Assembly: GCA_038124565.1 (NCBI GenBank)
Contig: JAYPCE010000004.1
Coordinates: 1 to 60,999, forward strand
Direction: 5' to 3'
Length of the DNA: 60,999 nucleotides
From: Poseidonia sp.
GTDB lineage: Archaea > Thermoplasmatota > Poseidoniia > Poseidoniales > Poseidoniaceae
Part shown: positions 36,230 to 45,342 of the stretch, piece after piece
How the letters are laid out: every line of letters starts with the position of its first letter
How positions within the stretch are numbered: position 1 is the first letter of the stretch
Translations under genes and position numbers: made by a program
The notes under the pieces: model-generated
What the model saw: only the letters and a program-made list of their open reading frames with translations
Told to the model about the DNA's origin: nothing
The model's database searches: none

Positions 36230-39072
36230 ACACCCAACAATTCCTTGGCGGCTTGTAGGGCATCGCTGAGTCCTTCTGGATGCGAGCCACCGCCTTGAGC
36301 AAAGGTCGGACGACCTCCGCCCCCTCCTTTGATATGAGGTGAAATGGCGCGGAGAAGGTCAACTGCGTTGTACCGTTCACTTGCCGCTGTGTTTTCGGTC
36401 AAACCAATCATCAATTTTCCACCACCATCAACAGAACCGAGTACGGCAACGGTCGGTAGGGAAGCATCCAGCGTCAATTCCTTGAGCATGGTTGTCATGG
36501 ATTTGAGGTCACCATCGATTTCCATGACAATGATTCGGACGCCATCCACTTGGACCGCAGCATCTCCACCACCACTTGTCCGTAACCGAACGATTTCCGA
36601 TTCAAGATGCTCAATGACCTTACGTTGTTCCTTCCATTCCTTGAAAAATCGTGCCGCAGCCTTTGGGAGGTCTTCGGCAGCAACGCCGAAAACCTCGCTG
36701 GACGAACGGAGCAAGTCTTCCTGTGTTCGTGCGTAAGCAAGGGCGGCTTCCCCTGCAACGATGTGGAGGCGCTCTACGCCATCTTGGACCGCAGTGGACC
36801 GGACGACACGAATGGAACCGATTTGACCTGGGTCATCATGATGGGTTCCACCACACGCTTGCGTATCGTGGTCGGCTATTTTCAAAATTCGAATTGAGTC
36901 ACCCTTTGGCGCACCGCCTTGGTAGAGATCAAAGCCGTGTACAATGTCTGCGTCACGCCGATTCAATTCGGATTTTTCAGTAGCAACCACGGTGGAAAGA
37001 ATCTCGTTCGCCATGTCCTCCATCGCATTGAGTTCTTCGCGGGTGAGCCGGTGATAATGCGTGATATCAAGACGCCCACTCTCCACCGAAAGATGGGACC
37101 CTGCTTGAAAAATATGAGGGCCGAGCAAACGACGTGCGGCGCCGCCTACAATGTGGACAGCAGTATGATGGTCCATGAGTTGTTTTCGTCGCTTCCAATC
37201 AAGTTCTGCTTCAACGGATTGGTTGACATTGAGCGCCCCGTTTGTATAATGAAGGACAACAGAACCTATTTTTTGCGTATCCATGACCTGAACGACCGAA
37301 GTCCCTTGACGCATCAAACCTTGATCTCCTTCTTGACCACCACCTTCGGGGTAGAACAGGGTTGACTGCAACACCACAGCATGCGTTGCTCCGTCAGGAC
37401 CATGCCCTTCTGCCTCAAGGCAAGCGAGTACCGATGAAGAGAACGAGTGGGCGTAGACGTTGTCGTAGTAGAGGGGTTCTGTCGCCGCAAGGGCTCCAAC
37501 ATCAATGATGTTGGAAGATTGGTTATCTGTTTTTGCAGCTTCCTTGGCCATTCGTGCATGCCGTTCAGCCATTTCTGCCGAGAAACCAGTGCGCAACGCA
37601 ACTTGCTCCCATCCCGCTGTTCGAGCCAGGGCCACAGCAATGTCTGGGGCGAGACCATGGGAATCGTTGAGTGTGAACAAATCCTCGTCGTTGATGGCAT
37701 CAGCATCTTTGGGTACCTCTTTGAGTTGGGTTTGAATGACATGCACGCCCTTCCTTAACATCTCGCCGTATCGCTCCTCTTCCAACTGAAGGATGGTCAA
37801 CAATCCTTCTCTGTGTTGTTTGTTCAACTGACCACCGAGGTTCACGTCAAGGTGGTGTTCAGCCAGTTGACTCAAGGAAACTTTCAACGACAATTCATCC
37901 CTCATTCGCAGCACACGACGAGCAAGCATGCGGGCAAGATATCCCGCTTTTGCATTGGACGGGACCAAGCCATCACCCAACATGTTGCAAAGAGCATGAA
38001 GGTGGTCAGGGATAGCGTAAATGTTGGCCAGTGGCTCGGTGATACTGGTGAACTGTTCGGCTGTTATTGTGATGCCTCGCTCTTCCAACTTTGTTCGGAA
38101 GAGGCTGACCAATTTGTCACCGTCAACCCCTGCTTCAATGTTCATAATGCCGTTTAAACGGCTCATTTCTCCGAGCAATTTGTCAAGGTCGAGATCAGAC
38201 CATTGTTGTGCGATGCTGTCAAAACCTGAGAGGTCCTTCAGCCAAGCCACGGTTTCCGGGTAAATGGCTTCGTAGATGGTCGGCGTGCCAGCAGCGGCCC
38301 AACAAAAGCGCTCCAAACCATAGCCCGTGTCAATGATTTGTAACGGCATCTTTCGGTAGCGGTCACCCTTCAATTCAACATCGCCGGTTGGGTGCTCTTC
38401 CATGTCCATAAACACCAGGGTGGCCAACTCCAGTCCCCCAACGATGACTTCAACCGCTGCACCTGCATTTCCTCCTCCGCACCATGGATTTTCAACATAC
38501 GTGATTTCACTTGGAGCAACGCCGAAGGTATCGGTGAGCATGCGGTGGCAGTGCTCAACACATGTTTCCATCCAATAGATCTCTTTGCCTTCATCTGGAC
38601 GATTGAAGACATGGTGAGCCATCATTTCAAAGGTGGTCAAATGACGTCCCGAGCGACCCACTGCGTCCACGTCGGTAAGCCGAATGCACGGTTGGGACAC
38701 AGCCAACGGGTTGGCAGGCGGTTGAACGGCACCAGAGGTCACATGGGGTTGGAAGTCTGCAATTGAAGCGATGGTCAAGTGGATGTCATCGCGCCAGCGT
38801 GCCAGCACGGGATATGGGTCAATTCGTGTATGGCCACACTGTTCGAAGAACTCCAAAAATGCCTCACGCATGGCATCTTTGAGTGCTTTTCCACGCTGCT
38901 CAAACCCACCGATAAGGGGCGCGCCAATGAAGGTGTATTCATCTTCTTCCGTATCGCCGCAGGTGTCCCGAGAACCATCGCAGGTCCAAAACCAGAGATT
39001 CGTCACTCTGCACTGCTTCCGATGGTAACCATTGTCGTGAAACACGGCCAAGTCAATCGGGGGTAGCGCCAT
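36226..39072 (-). CDS. alaS: Alanine--tRNA ligase (archaeal type)
   Basis: A 948-aa ORF with class II motifs (SQPCIRLTDVD, FEMMAHHVF, WCGGGNAGAAVE), the editing-domain HxxxH/CxxxH motifs (HTAVHIV, CGGTHH), and a C-terminal DHHA1-like domain. Confidence 0.9.
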   Translation of the reverse strand: MALPPIDLAVFHDNGYHRKQCRVTNLWFWTCDGSRDTCGDTEEDEYTFIGAPLIGGFEQRGKALKDAMREAFLEFFEQCGHTRIDPYPVLARWRDDIHLTIASIADFQPHVTSGAVQPPANPLAVSQPCIRLTDVDAVGRSGRHLTTFEMMAHHVFNRPDEGKEIYWMETCVEHCHRMLTDTFGVAPSEITYVENPWCGGGNAGAAVEVIVGGLELATLVFMDMEEHPTGDVELKGDRYRKMPLQIIDTGYGLERFCWAAAGTPTIYEAIYPETVAWLKDLSGFDSIAQQWSDLDLDKLLGEMSRLNGIMNIEAGVDGDKLVSLFRTKLEERGITITAEQFTSITEPLANIYAIPDHLHALCNMLGDGLVPSNAKAGYLARMLARRVLRMRDELSLKVSLSQLAEHHLDVNLGGQLNKQHREGLLTILQLEEERYGEMLRKGVHVIQTQLKEVPKDADAINDEDLFTLNDSHGLAPDIAVALARTAGWEQVALRTGFSAEMAERHARMAKEAAKTDNQSSNIIDVGALAATEPLYYDNVYAHSFSSSVLACLEAEGHGPDGATHAVVLQSTLFYPEGGGQEGDQGLMRQGTSVVQVMDTQKIGSVVLHYTNGALNVNQSVEAELDWKRRKQLMDHHTAVHIVGGAARRLLGPHIFQAGSHLSVESGRLDITHYHRLTREELNAMEDMANEILSTVVATEKSELNRRDADIVHGFDLYQGGAPKGDSIRILKIADHDTQACGGTHHDDPGQIGSIRVVRSTAVQDGVERLHIVAGEAALAYARTQEDLLRSSSEVFGVAAEDLPKAAARFFKEWKEQRKVIEHLESEIVRLRTSGGGDAAVQVDGVRIIVMEIDGDLKSMTTMLKELTLDASLPTVAVLGSVDGGGKLMIGLTENTAASERYNAVDLLRAISPHIKGGGGGRPTFAQGGGSHPEGLSDALQAAKELLGV

Positions 39073-39199
39073 AGGTACAACTCCTTCACGAGGTGAATGA
39101 ACCTTCCAAAACGAACCCCCCCTTCAAGCCTATGCAGGAGTCGTGGCCCATGGCTTGATTTGTGAAAAGACTCAAAGCCATGCGACGAAAGGGTTTGAC

Positions 39200-40675
39200 A
39201 TGGATGCAACATGGCGTCAGCACCTCGTCAATGAGGGCAACGGGACCATGCGCATCAAGGCACACGGTGACATGTTGGTTGATGCTCGCATCGTCACTGA
39301 CCAAGCCCACATGGACCTTCACGCCGATGACCGAGGCCCCGAGCAACTCGTCAACGCCGCTGGCTTGCCTGGTATCGTAGGTGAGGCTTGGGCCATGGCG
39401 GACTGGCATTATGGATATGGGTTCCCCATAGGCGGCGTTGTTGCGACGGACACCGAGGCTGGAGAACTCGGCGGTGCTGTCTCGCCGGGCGGTGTTGGAT
39501 TTGACATCAATTGTGGGGTTCGTTTCCTCGCATTGGATGCAACATTGGAAGACATTCCAAATTTGAAGAAACTTGCTGGCCGTCTTGCTGGGCGCATCCC
39601 TGCGGGAGGGTCAGGTAAGGGGGGTATTGAACTGACTTCATCCCAACTTCAAGACATCCTCCAAGGCGGAGCGACTGCTGCGCATGAACTTGGTTACGGC
39701 CAAGCTGAAGATTTACCTGCATTGGAATCAAGCGGACGTCTAGAGACAGAAGAGGCAAGCCTCTCACAACGAGCGAAAGAGCGGGGACTGAAATCCCTCG
39801 GGACCTTAGGAAGTGGAAACCACTTCTTGGAACTCCAAACTGTTGAGCGTGTGGTGGACTCGAAGATAGCAAACTCATGGGGCTTATACGAAGGCCAAAT
39901 CGTTGCCATGATTCACTCGGGAAGTCGGGGTCTTGGCCATCAAGTCTGCACAGACCATGTTCGGGCGCTTGAATCAACGTACAAGCATGAGGACGGACGT
40001 TGGGTGAATGACAATTGGGGGTTTTCAATTTCTGACCGCCAACTCGCTTCAGCCCCCATTCATTCTCATGAGGGACAAGCCTACTTGGATGCTATGAACG
40101 CCGCAGCAAATTTCGCCTTCGCCAATCGTGCCGTGCTTGCTGAGCGCTTGCGTACGGTATTGCGTCTTGAATTGGGCGTGGATGGAGAAGCTCGAACCTT
40201 GTACGATGTGGCCCACAACATCGCAAAAATTGAACACCACATCGTTGATGGAAAAGGTTGCACATGCTGTGTTCATCGCAAAGGAGCCACCCGTTCCTTT
40301 GGTGGCGATCATCCTGATATGGTTCCAGCCTTCCACACAACTGGCCAACCGGTCATCGTTCCTGGTGACATGGGAACGGGTTCGTGGGTGATGGCTGGGC
40401 CTACAACAGGCCAGAACATGGCCTTTGGCTCCTCGTGCCACGGTGCAGGTCGGGCACTCTCCAGAGCGCAGGCGAAGAAAACACTCGATGGAAAGGCGCT
40501 AAAACAACGATTGGAAGCCAAAGGAATTCGGGTTCATGCTTCAACTCCCAATGTCCTTTCGGAGGAAGCACCTGATGCATACAAAGATGTTGACGACGTC
40601 ATACGTTTGACCCACGACGCAGGGCTCGCTCGCCCCGTCGCCAGAATGAATCCAATTGCGGTCATCAAAGGATGA
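39200..40675 (+). CDS. rtcB: RNA-splicing ligase RtcB
   Basis: Motifs: PGGVGFDINCGVR, GSGNHFLE, HSGSRGLGHQV, the GMP-His region HRKGATR, and SSCHGAGR. The ATG at 39200 gives a 491-aa protein. No intein. Confidence 0.9.
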   Translation: MDATWRQHLVNEGNGTMRIKAHGDMLVDARIVTDQAHMDLHADDRGPEQLVNAAGLPGIVGEAWAMADWHYGYGFPIGGVVATDTEAGELGGAVSPGGVGFDINCGVRFLALDATLEDIPNLKKLAGRLAGRIPAGGSGKGGIELTSSQLQDILQGGATAAHELGYGQAEDLPALESSGRLETEEASLSQRAKERGLKSLGTLGSGNHFLELQTVERVVDSKIANSWGLYEGQIVAMIHSGSRGLGHQVCTDHVRALESTYKHEDGRWVNDNWGFSISDRQLASAPIHSHEGQAYLDAMNAAANFAFANRAVLAERLRTVLRLELGVDGEARTLYDVAHNIAKIEHHIVDGKGCTCCVHRKGATRSFGGDHPDMVPAFHTTGQPVIVPGDMGTGSWVMAGPTTGQNMAFGSSCHGAGRALSRAQAKKTLDGKALKQRLEAKGIRVHASTPNVLSEEAPDAYKDVDDVIRLTHDAGLARPVARMNPIAVIKG

Positions 40676-40867
40676 TCACATACAGACTTGCATCATGCTC
40701 TGACCAGGAATGGTCGGAGCTGCACCGCTGTGAACACCGTCTGGCTCCTCAACGATAACGCTGAGGAGTGTGTTAACCAACTCTTTGAGTTCGTCAACTT
40801 GGTGTTGAAGGTCTTTGACTCGCTGTTGAATTTCTACGCTGTTTTCTTGCTTTCGCTCCATGTGCAT
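40676..40867 (-). CDS. Small hypothetical coiled-coil protein
   Basis: A 63-aa ORF with an ATG start, filling the gap between rtcB and tRNA-Thr. The N-terminal 35 aa is heptad-like (VEIQQRVKDLQHQVDELKELVNTLL). No family recognised; it could be spurious. Confidence 0.3.
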   Translation of the reverse strand: MHMERKQENSVEIQQRVKDLQHQVDELKELVNTLLSVIVEEPDGVHSGAAPTIPGQSMMQVCM

Positions 40868-40978
40868 CCCATCTGAGAAGTTTCCTTCTCAACCTCTCAT
40901 CGGAAAAATCACCTCTTATACATTGAGGTGAAGGTGAGGCTTCATCCATGGATTTCCAGCCTCTACGACACAGGCGTA

Positions 40979-41053
40979 TGGAGCCACCGGCGAGATTTGA
41001 ACTCGCGACCTCCTCATTACCAATGAGGTGCTATACCCCTAAGCCACGGTGGC
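40979..41053 (-). tRNA. tRNA-Thr (anticodon GGU), CCA encoded
   Basis: Hand-folded cloverleaf: acceptor GCCACCG/CGGTGGC; anticodon arm CCTCA-TTGGTAA-TGAGG; T arm GCGAG-TTCAAAT-CTCGC. 75 nt including the 3' CCA. Confidence 0.9.
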
Positions 41054-41104
41054 AGTGGTTCGGCCACCCGCCAAATGAATATAATCGCTTCGCGGTGTAC
41101 AACT

Positions 41105-42643
41105 TCATTCTGAAGGCCGGTAGATCTTCCAAGATGAATCAGGCACGCCGTCGCTTAGCGTGAAGGGCGCCTTTTCTGCAGCCACGAGGACCCATTGTTC
41201 ATCACCAAACGGCAAATCAACATTTGGCGCGAGAATCAGAACATCAATGCGCACACTCTGGTCCTCTGCTAGCGATTCAAAATCATGAGGAGTGCGCCAA
41301 TACGCATTGATTCCATTTGTTCCATCAAGGTCAACATTGGTCTTCAAAACATACAGGTGATGCATGGCCAACGCCTCCGGGGCAATGAGCACCAGCGTAT
41401 CGTCATCTTCAGCCAAGAGGGACTCCAAATGTTCCCCCGCATCCTGCGACCAATGGTGTTGACCCATGAGAGAGGTGAAAAGAATAGCAGGGAGAAGCAG
41501 GAGAAGGGCGGCGCATAGGTGCTTCTTTGACACGGTTGATTCACCTTCCTCGACCTGCTCCCAACGAAGGACGAGTAAGGTCGGCAAGAGCAAGCATGTT
41601 GCATAACGACCATTGTTGCCCAGCAAGAACATGGTCTCATGAAGTGACTGGTTCCAAAGACTTGCTTCTAGCGTCCACAGTGCGGCTATGTAGGCAATCA
41701 AGGCAGCCAAGAGACCTGAAAGATACATGACCAACAACGTAAGGCCTTGACCACGAGCCTCCCGAAGCGTCCTCATAGACGGTAAAAGAAAAGGCCAAAG
41801 TGCAAAACCAATCAGTAAAAACAGCAAAACTGCATCCAATACCGCAACCAAACTTGCGTAGAGAAACGTCAACGGTTGCGTCGCTATGATAGAAAAGGTG
41901 CCGATGTCGCTTGTACTGCCCAGAGAAAAGATGACACCGTAAGAAACGAGCGCAACACCAGGCCCCATCACCCATGGGTTTTGGAGCCACAACATCGCAC
42001 CCCGTTGAAATGAACGATGTTGGAGTTCAATCCAAACCATGCCGAGAATGTTGGTCAAGAGCCAACACATGAACGCCGTGAGCATGCTAAACCCTTTCCA
42101 ACCCATCACCAAGAGCAAACTGGTTGCGAGTGTGAGAAGATGGAATCGCACCTGTGGGAGGGTCTCACCTTTGTTGTGGAGGAATCCACCAACGCCCAAG
42201 CCAATCAACAAAGCGATGACTGGTTCATCGTACCCACGCCCAGTAGCGAAGAGGAAGACTGGACTGAGAAGAATCAAGGCTGGCCACATTGGGTTAAAAC
42301 GACGGCCTGATGGCTTCCAAAATGGTACGATACCGCTCAGAGCAGCAACACCAAACAACGCCGTAAGGGAGGTCAATTTCATAGCACTCTCAGATGTTGA
42401 CCAAGGAGGTATGTAGCCATCATACTGGGCAGTGTTGTTTGGAAATTGGTCTGTGTCGGGTGCAATACGAACCGGGCCCCAAGTCAACGCTTGACCATCG
42501 CCACCCTCTGTACTCAAGGCATTTAATCGGACGTGGGCGTCCAAGCCAAGGTCGCTGTTGACAACGGCCAAAACCTGAGCCAAAATGCCGATGAGGACCA
42601 ACACCAACCAACGGTTCCGTTGCTCAACATCAGCCTCTTCCAC
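41105..42643 (-). CDS. Polytopic membrane protein (about 11-12 TM; possibly GT-C-fold glycosyltransferase, weak)
   Basis: A 512-aa ORF. The N-terminal roughly 400 aa is almost entirely hydrophobic helices and the C-terminus is a soluble domain. The start is GTG at 42643. No diagnostic motif. Confidence 0.6.
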   Translation of the reverse strand: MEEADVEQRNRWLVLVLIGILAQVLAVVNSDLGLDAHVRLNALSTEGGDGQALTWGPVRIAPDTDQFPNNTAQYDGYIPPWSTSESAMKLTSLTALFGVAALSGIVPFWKPSGRRFNPMWPALILLSPVFLFATGRGYDEPVIALLIGLGVGGFLHNKGETLPQVRFHLLTLATSLLLVMGWKGFSMLTAFMCWLLTNILGMVWIELQHRSFQRGAMLWLQNPWVMGPGVALVSYGVIFSLGSTSDIGTFSIIATQPLTFLYASLVAVLDAVLLFLLIGFALWPFLLPSMRTLREARGQGLTLLVMYLSGLLAALIAYIAALWTLEASLWNQSLHETMFLLGNNGRYATCLLLPTLLVLRWEQVEEGESTVSKKHLCAALLLLLPAILFTSLMGQHHWSQDAGEHLESLLAEDDDTLVLIAPEALAMHHLYVLKTNVDLDGTNGINAYWRTPHDFESLAEDQSVRIDVLILAPNVDLPFGDEQWVLVAAEKAPFTLSDGVPDSSWKIYRPSE

Positions 42644-42704
42644 AGAAGTTCCTCTCGGGAATTGGTCAAGGACATTGCGGTCTCCAACAGCCGAACTTGT
42701 GGAT

Positions 42705-42734
42705 TGGCGCCGAGAGAGAGATTTGAACTCCCGA
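42705..42734 (-). repeat. 30-nt exact direct repeat of the tRNA-Ser 3' end (T arm + acceptor 3' strand + CCA); partial tRNA copy
   Basis: TGGCGCCGAGAGAGAGATTTGAACTCCCGA occurs at 42705-42734 and again at 42789-42818. Upstream of the first copy there is no matching 5' acceptor, D arm or anticodon arm. Confidence 0.7.
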
Positions 42735-42788
42735 ACAGTGCACCAGTTCGTTGTTCAAACTCTTCTGGTCTTGACATGAACTGCTGTT

Positions 42789-42875
42789 TGGCGCCGAGAG
42801 AGAGATTTGAACTCCCGAGGGAACGGGCCCACGCGATTTCCAGTCGCGCGCACTACCAGGCTATGCGATCTCGGC
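42789..42875 (-). tRNA. tRNA-Ser (anticodon GGA), long variable arm, CCA encoded
   Basis: Hand-folded: acceptor GCCGAGA/TCTCGGC; D arm GCAT/GTGC; anticodon arm CGCGA-CTGGAAA-TCGCG; 15-nt variable arm; T arm GGGAG-TTCAAAT-CTCTC. 87 nt. Confidence 0.9.
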
Positions 42876-42981
42876 TCTTGTTCGGGCCAACCCCAATCCT
42901 CGTTTAACCATCACGCTTTGAATCATAGAATTTCAGCGCTGGAAGCGAAAGGACTCAAAGGGGCAACCGCAAGGGCGTACC

Positions 42982-44118
42982 ATGTCCGAGGAGGCAGTGA
43001 CAGAGCAGGGTGTCGCCCTCGCTCACAAAGACCTCCCATTTCGGATGGCCGATATCGAACTGGTCAATCCATTTCCCGCAACCATGCCGATGGCCGAACC
43101 ACTCAACAACATACGCAGAGAATGGCGATTCCAATTTCAACTTTTGAGGGCAGAGTGGAAGAAACCGCATTATATGGCGATGCTCTTTGGCATGCTTGCG
43201 CTGGCCTTGGGCTCTGTATCCACCGAATTGTGGGACGGTGGTGATGCCAAAGTCAGTGGGATTGAAGGGATTCTCGCCATCAATGGTTTCCAATTCTTCC
43301 AAATCTTGGTGTCACTCCTCTGCTGGGCCTGGTTTGCCTATCAAGCATGGATGCTGTTTCCGGTGATGAGAGTTCACGCCATGTCGTTGTTGGTGATGTG
43401 GAATGCCATGATGGGTGCGCAGATTTTCTTTCACCGTAACAACGGTACATTTCCCATGGGTTTCAAACTCTCGGAAATGATGGAAGGGACATTGATTATG
43501 CTCATCGTTTTCTTTTTCCTCTTTTTCTTCTGGAAAGCGGTCGTTGAAACACGAGATTTGCATGTTGAGGTACACCATCTGCATGAAGATGTGCGAGTCA
43601 TGCAAGCCGAATTGGCTGAGCATTCTCTCAAAGGCTGGTCAGCAATGTTTGCAACATGGGTGTTCCTCATCACGCTTTCATCGTGGTCAGGATTACACCA
43701 TATCGCAGAATATGGAGAAGGTAACTACGGGTTCCTTGTCCTGCATCTGCTGACGGGTCTTCCCGCAATCCCGCTTTTTTTGGTCGTCTTGTGGTACCCA
43801 CAGCGCATGCTCGGGAACGAAGCACGTATCAGAACGAAAGCAGCAGTTGATGCAGCCTTGGAAATGGAAGGAGGTTCTGTGCAAGGTCACAATAAAGCAG
43901 CATGCCCGGATTGTGGCGCGGCTTCCAATGTCGCAAGAAACTCGGACGGAGCCTTAACCCACCCTTGTCTCTCCAGCGGATGTTCAGCCACGGTGGTCAT
44001 CGGAACAACCTGTTCATCCTGCAAATCAGAATCACTGGTGTCAAATCGATTGGATTGCGGAGCATGTGGCGTTAACGCTCCTGCTTTGGACTTCTTACCC
44101 GACCAGGAGGCATGGTGA
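42982..44118 (+). CDS. Membrane protein with C-terminal Cys-rich zinc-ribbon region (hypothetical)
   Basis: A 378-aa ORF with about 6 TM helices. The C-terminal part is CPDCGAAS...HPCLSSGC...CSSCKSES...CGACG. Its stop overlaps the next gene's start (ATGGTGA at 44112-44118). Confidence 0.6.
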   Translation: MSEEAVTEQGVALAHKDLPFRMADIELVNPFPATMPMAEPLNNIRREWRFQFQLLRAEWKKPHYMAMLFGMLALALGSVSTELWDGGDAKVSGIEGILAINGFQFFQILVSLLCWAWFAYQAWMLFPVMRVHAMSLLVMWNAMMGAQIFFHRNNGTFPMGFKLSEMMEGTLIMLIVFFFLFFFWKAVVETRDLHVEVHHLHEDVRVMQAELAEHSLKGWSAMFATWVFLITLSSWSGLHHIAEYGEGNYGFLVLHLLTGLPAIPLFLVVLWYPQRMLGNEARIRTKAAVDAALEMEGGSVQGHNKAACPDCGAASNVARNSDGALTHPCLSSGCSATVVIGTTCSSCKSESLVSNRLDCGACGVNAPALDFLPDQEAW

Positions 44119-45338
44119 ACATGTTGGAGCGATGTCGTCTCGATTTCCCCACACTTCAAGGTGATCATGCCCCTGCCTACCTTGACAATGCTTGCGTGAC
44201 GCTAAAGCCACAATCGGTGATTGATAGCATCAACCAATATTACACCCAGACCCCTGGATGCGGTGGCCGCTCAGTTCATCGCTATGGCACGGCTGTTTCC
44301 AAAGGTGTAGCCGATGCACGCCAAAAGGTCGCGTCCTTCCTCAACGCCAACACGAGTAAAGAAATCGTGTTCACAAGAAATGCTACGCATTCCATTAACC
44401 AAATCGCGCATGGACTCACCTGGGAAAAAGGAGATGTGATTCTCACGACCGACCGTGAACACAATTCCAATCTTGTACCTTGGATTCAACTCAAACAAGA
44501 GCAAGGCGTCGACCACCAGGTGGTGCTAAGTAACGAAGACAACACTTTCGACATGGAACGTTTTGAGCGAGCATGTGACGATTCAAACGGAAAGTTACGC
44601 ATGGTAGCAATGAGCCATGTTGGAAACCTTGACGGCGTTAGCATCCCCATTGCAGAGATCACAAAAATTGCCCACGACCATGGTGCGTTAGTGGCGGTTG
44701 ACGGAGCTCAATCCACTCCCCACATGAGCGTGGATGTGCAATCTTTGGGCATTGATTTTCTTTCATTCTCCATACACAAAATGTGCGGACCCTCGGGCAT
44801 GGGTGGCTTGTGGGGGCGATATGACTTACTCGAGGGTTTACGGTCCATTCAATCTGGTGGGCAAACTGTCAGCAGTTCAACCTACACGGACGCCCATTGG
44901 GCCCAACCTCCTGCTCGGTTTGAAGGGGGACTTGGAAATTTTTCCGGAATGGTGGCGACCGGTGCAGCCATCGACTACCTCTCAACATTGGACATGGATG
45001 CAGTGCACGACCATGAAGTCAAACTCAATCGAATCATGACCCAAGGCGTGAAAGATTTACCCGGTCTTGAAATCATTGGACCCGAGGACCCCAGCCAACG
45101 CGGCGGCATTTGCTCCTTGCTGATGAAGAACCTTCCAGCACACGAAGTTGCATTGTTGCTTGATGAAGCGGCAGGCGTGATGGTGAGAAGTGGGCAACAT
45201 TGTGTCCATTCTTGGTTCAACGCCCGAGGACACCCCGAAGGGTCACTTCGTGCATCGGCCTACCTCTACAACTCTGAAGAGGATGTGCGCCGGTTTGTTG
45301 ACACGATGGACGAAATTGTGCACACCCTTGGAGGTTAA
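44112..45338 (+). CDS. Cysteine desulfurase (class V aminotransferase, SufS/CsdA-like)
   Basis: Motifs: YLDNACVTLKP, the PLP-lysine block SFSIHKMCGPSGMGGLWG, and the active-site region RSGQHCVH. Confidence 0.85.
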   Translation: MVNMLERCRLDFPTLQGDHAPAYLDNACVTLKPQSVIDSINQYYTQTPGCGGRSVHRYGTAVSKGVADARQKVASFLNANTSKEIVFTRNATHSINQIAHGLTWEKGDVILTTDREHNSNLVPWIQLKQEQGVDHQVVLSNEDNTFDMERFERACDDSNGKLRMVAMSHVGNLDGVSIPIAEITKIAHDHGALVAVDGAQSTPHMSVDVQSLGIDFLSFSIHKMCGPSGMGGLWGRYDLLEGLRSIQSGGQTVSSSTYTDAHWAQPPARFEGGLGNFSGMVATGAAIDYLSTLDMDAVHDHEVKLNRIMTQGVKDLPGLEIIGPEDPSQRGGICSLLMKNLPAHEVALLLDEAAGVMVRSGQHCVHSWFNARGHPEGSLRASAYLYNSEEDVRRFVDTMDEIVHTLGG

Positions 45339-45342
45339 ACCC

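Noticed and set aside
26440-40675. Inteins in PolB, RtcB, AlaRS or ValRS
   Set aside because: Protein lengths are normal for the families. No Cys/Ser...His-Asn intein splice-junction blocks interrupt the conserved motifs.
40948-41163. 71-aa ORF overlapping tRNA-Thr, and ORFs 42523-42907 overlapping tRNA-Ser
   Set aside because: The tRNA cloverleaves explain the sequence completely. The ORFs have no supporting features.
42705-42788. A second complete tRNA-Ser gene
   Set aside because: Only the last 30 nt (T arm, acceptor 3' strand and CCA) are present. No segment upstream can pair as the 5' acceptor strand (pattern G[CU][CU]G[AG]G[AG] is absent), and no D or anticodon arm can be drawn. It is reported as a repeat instead.
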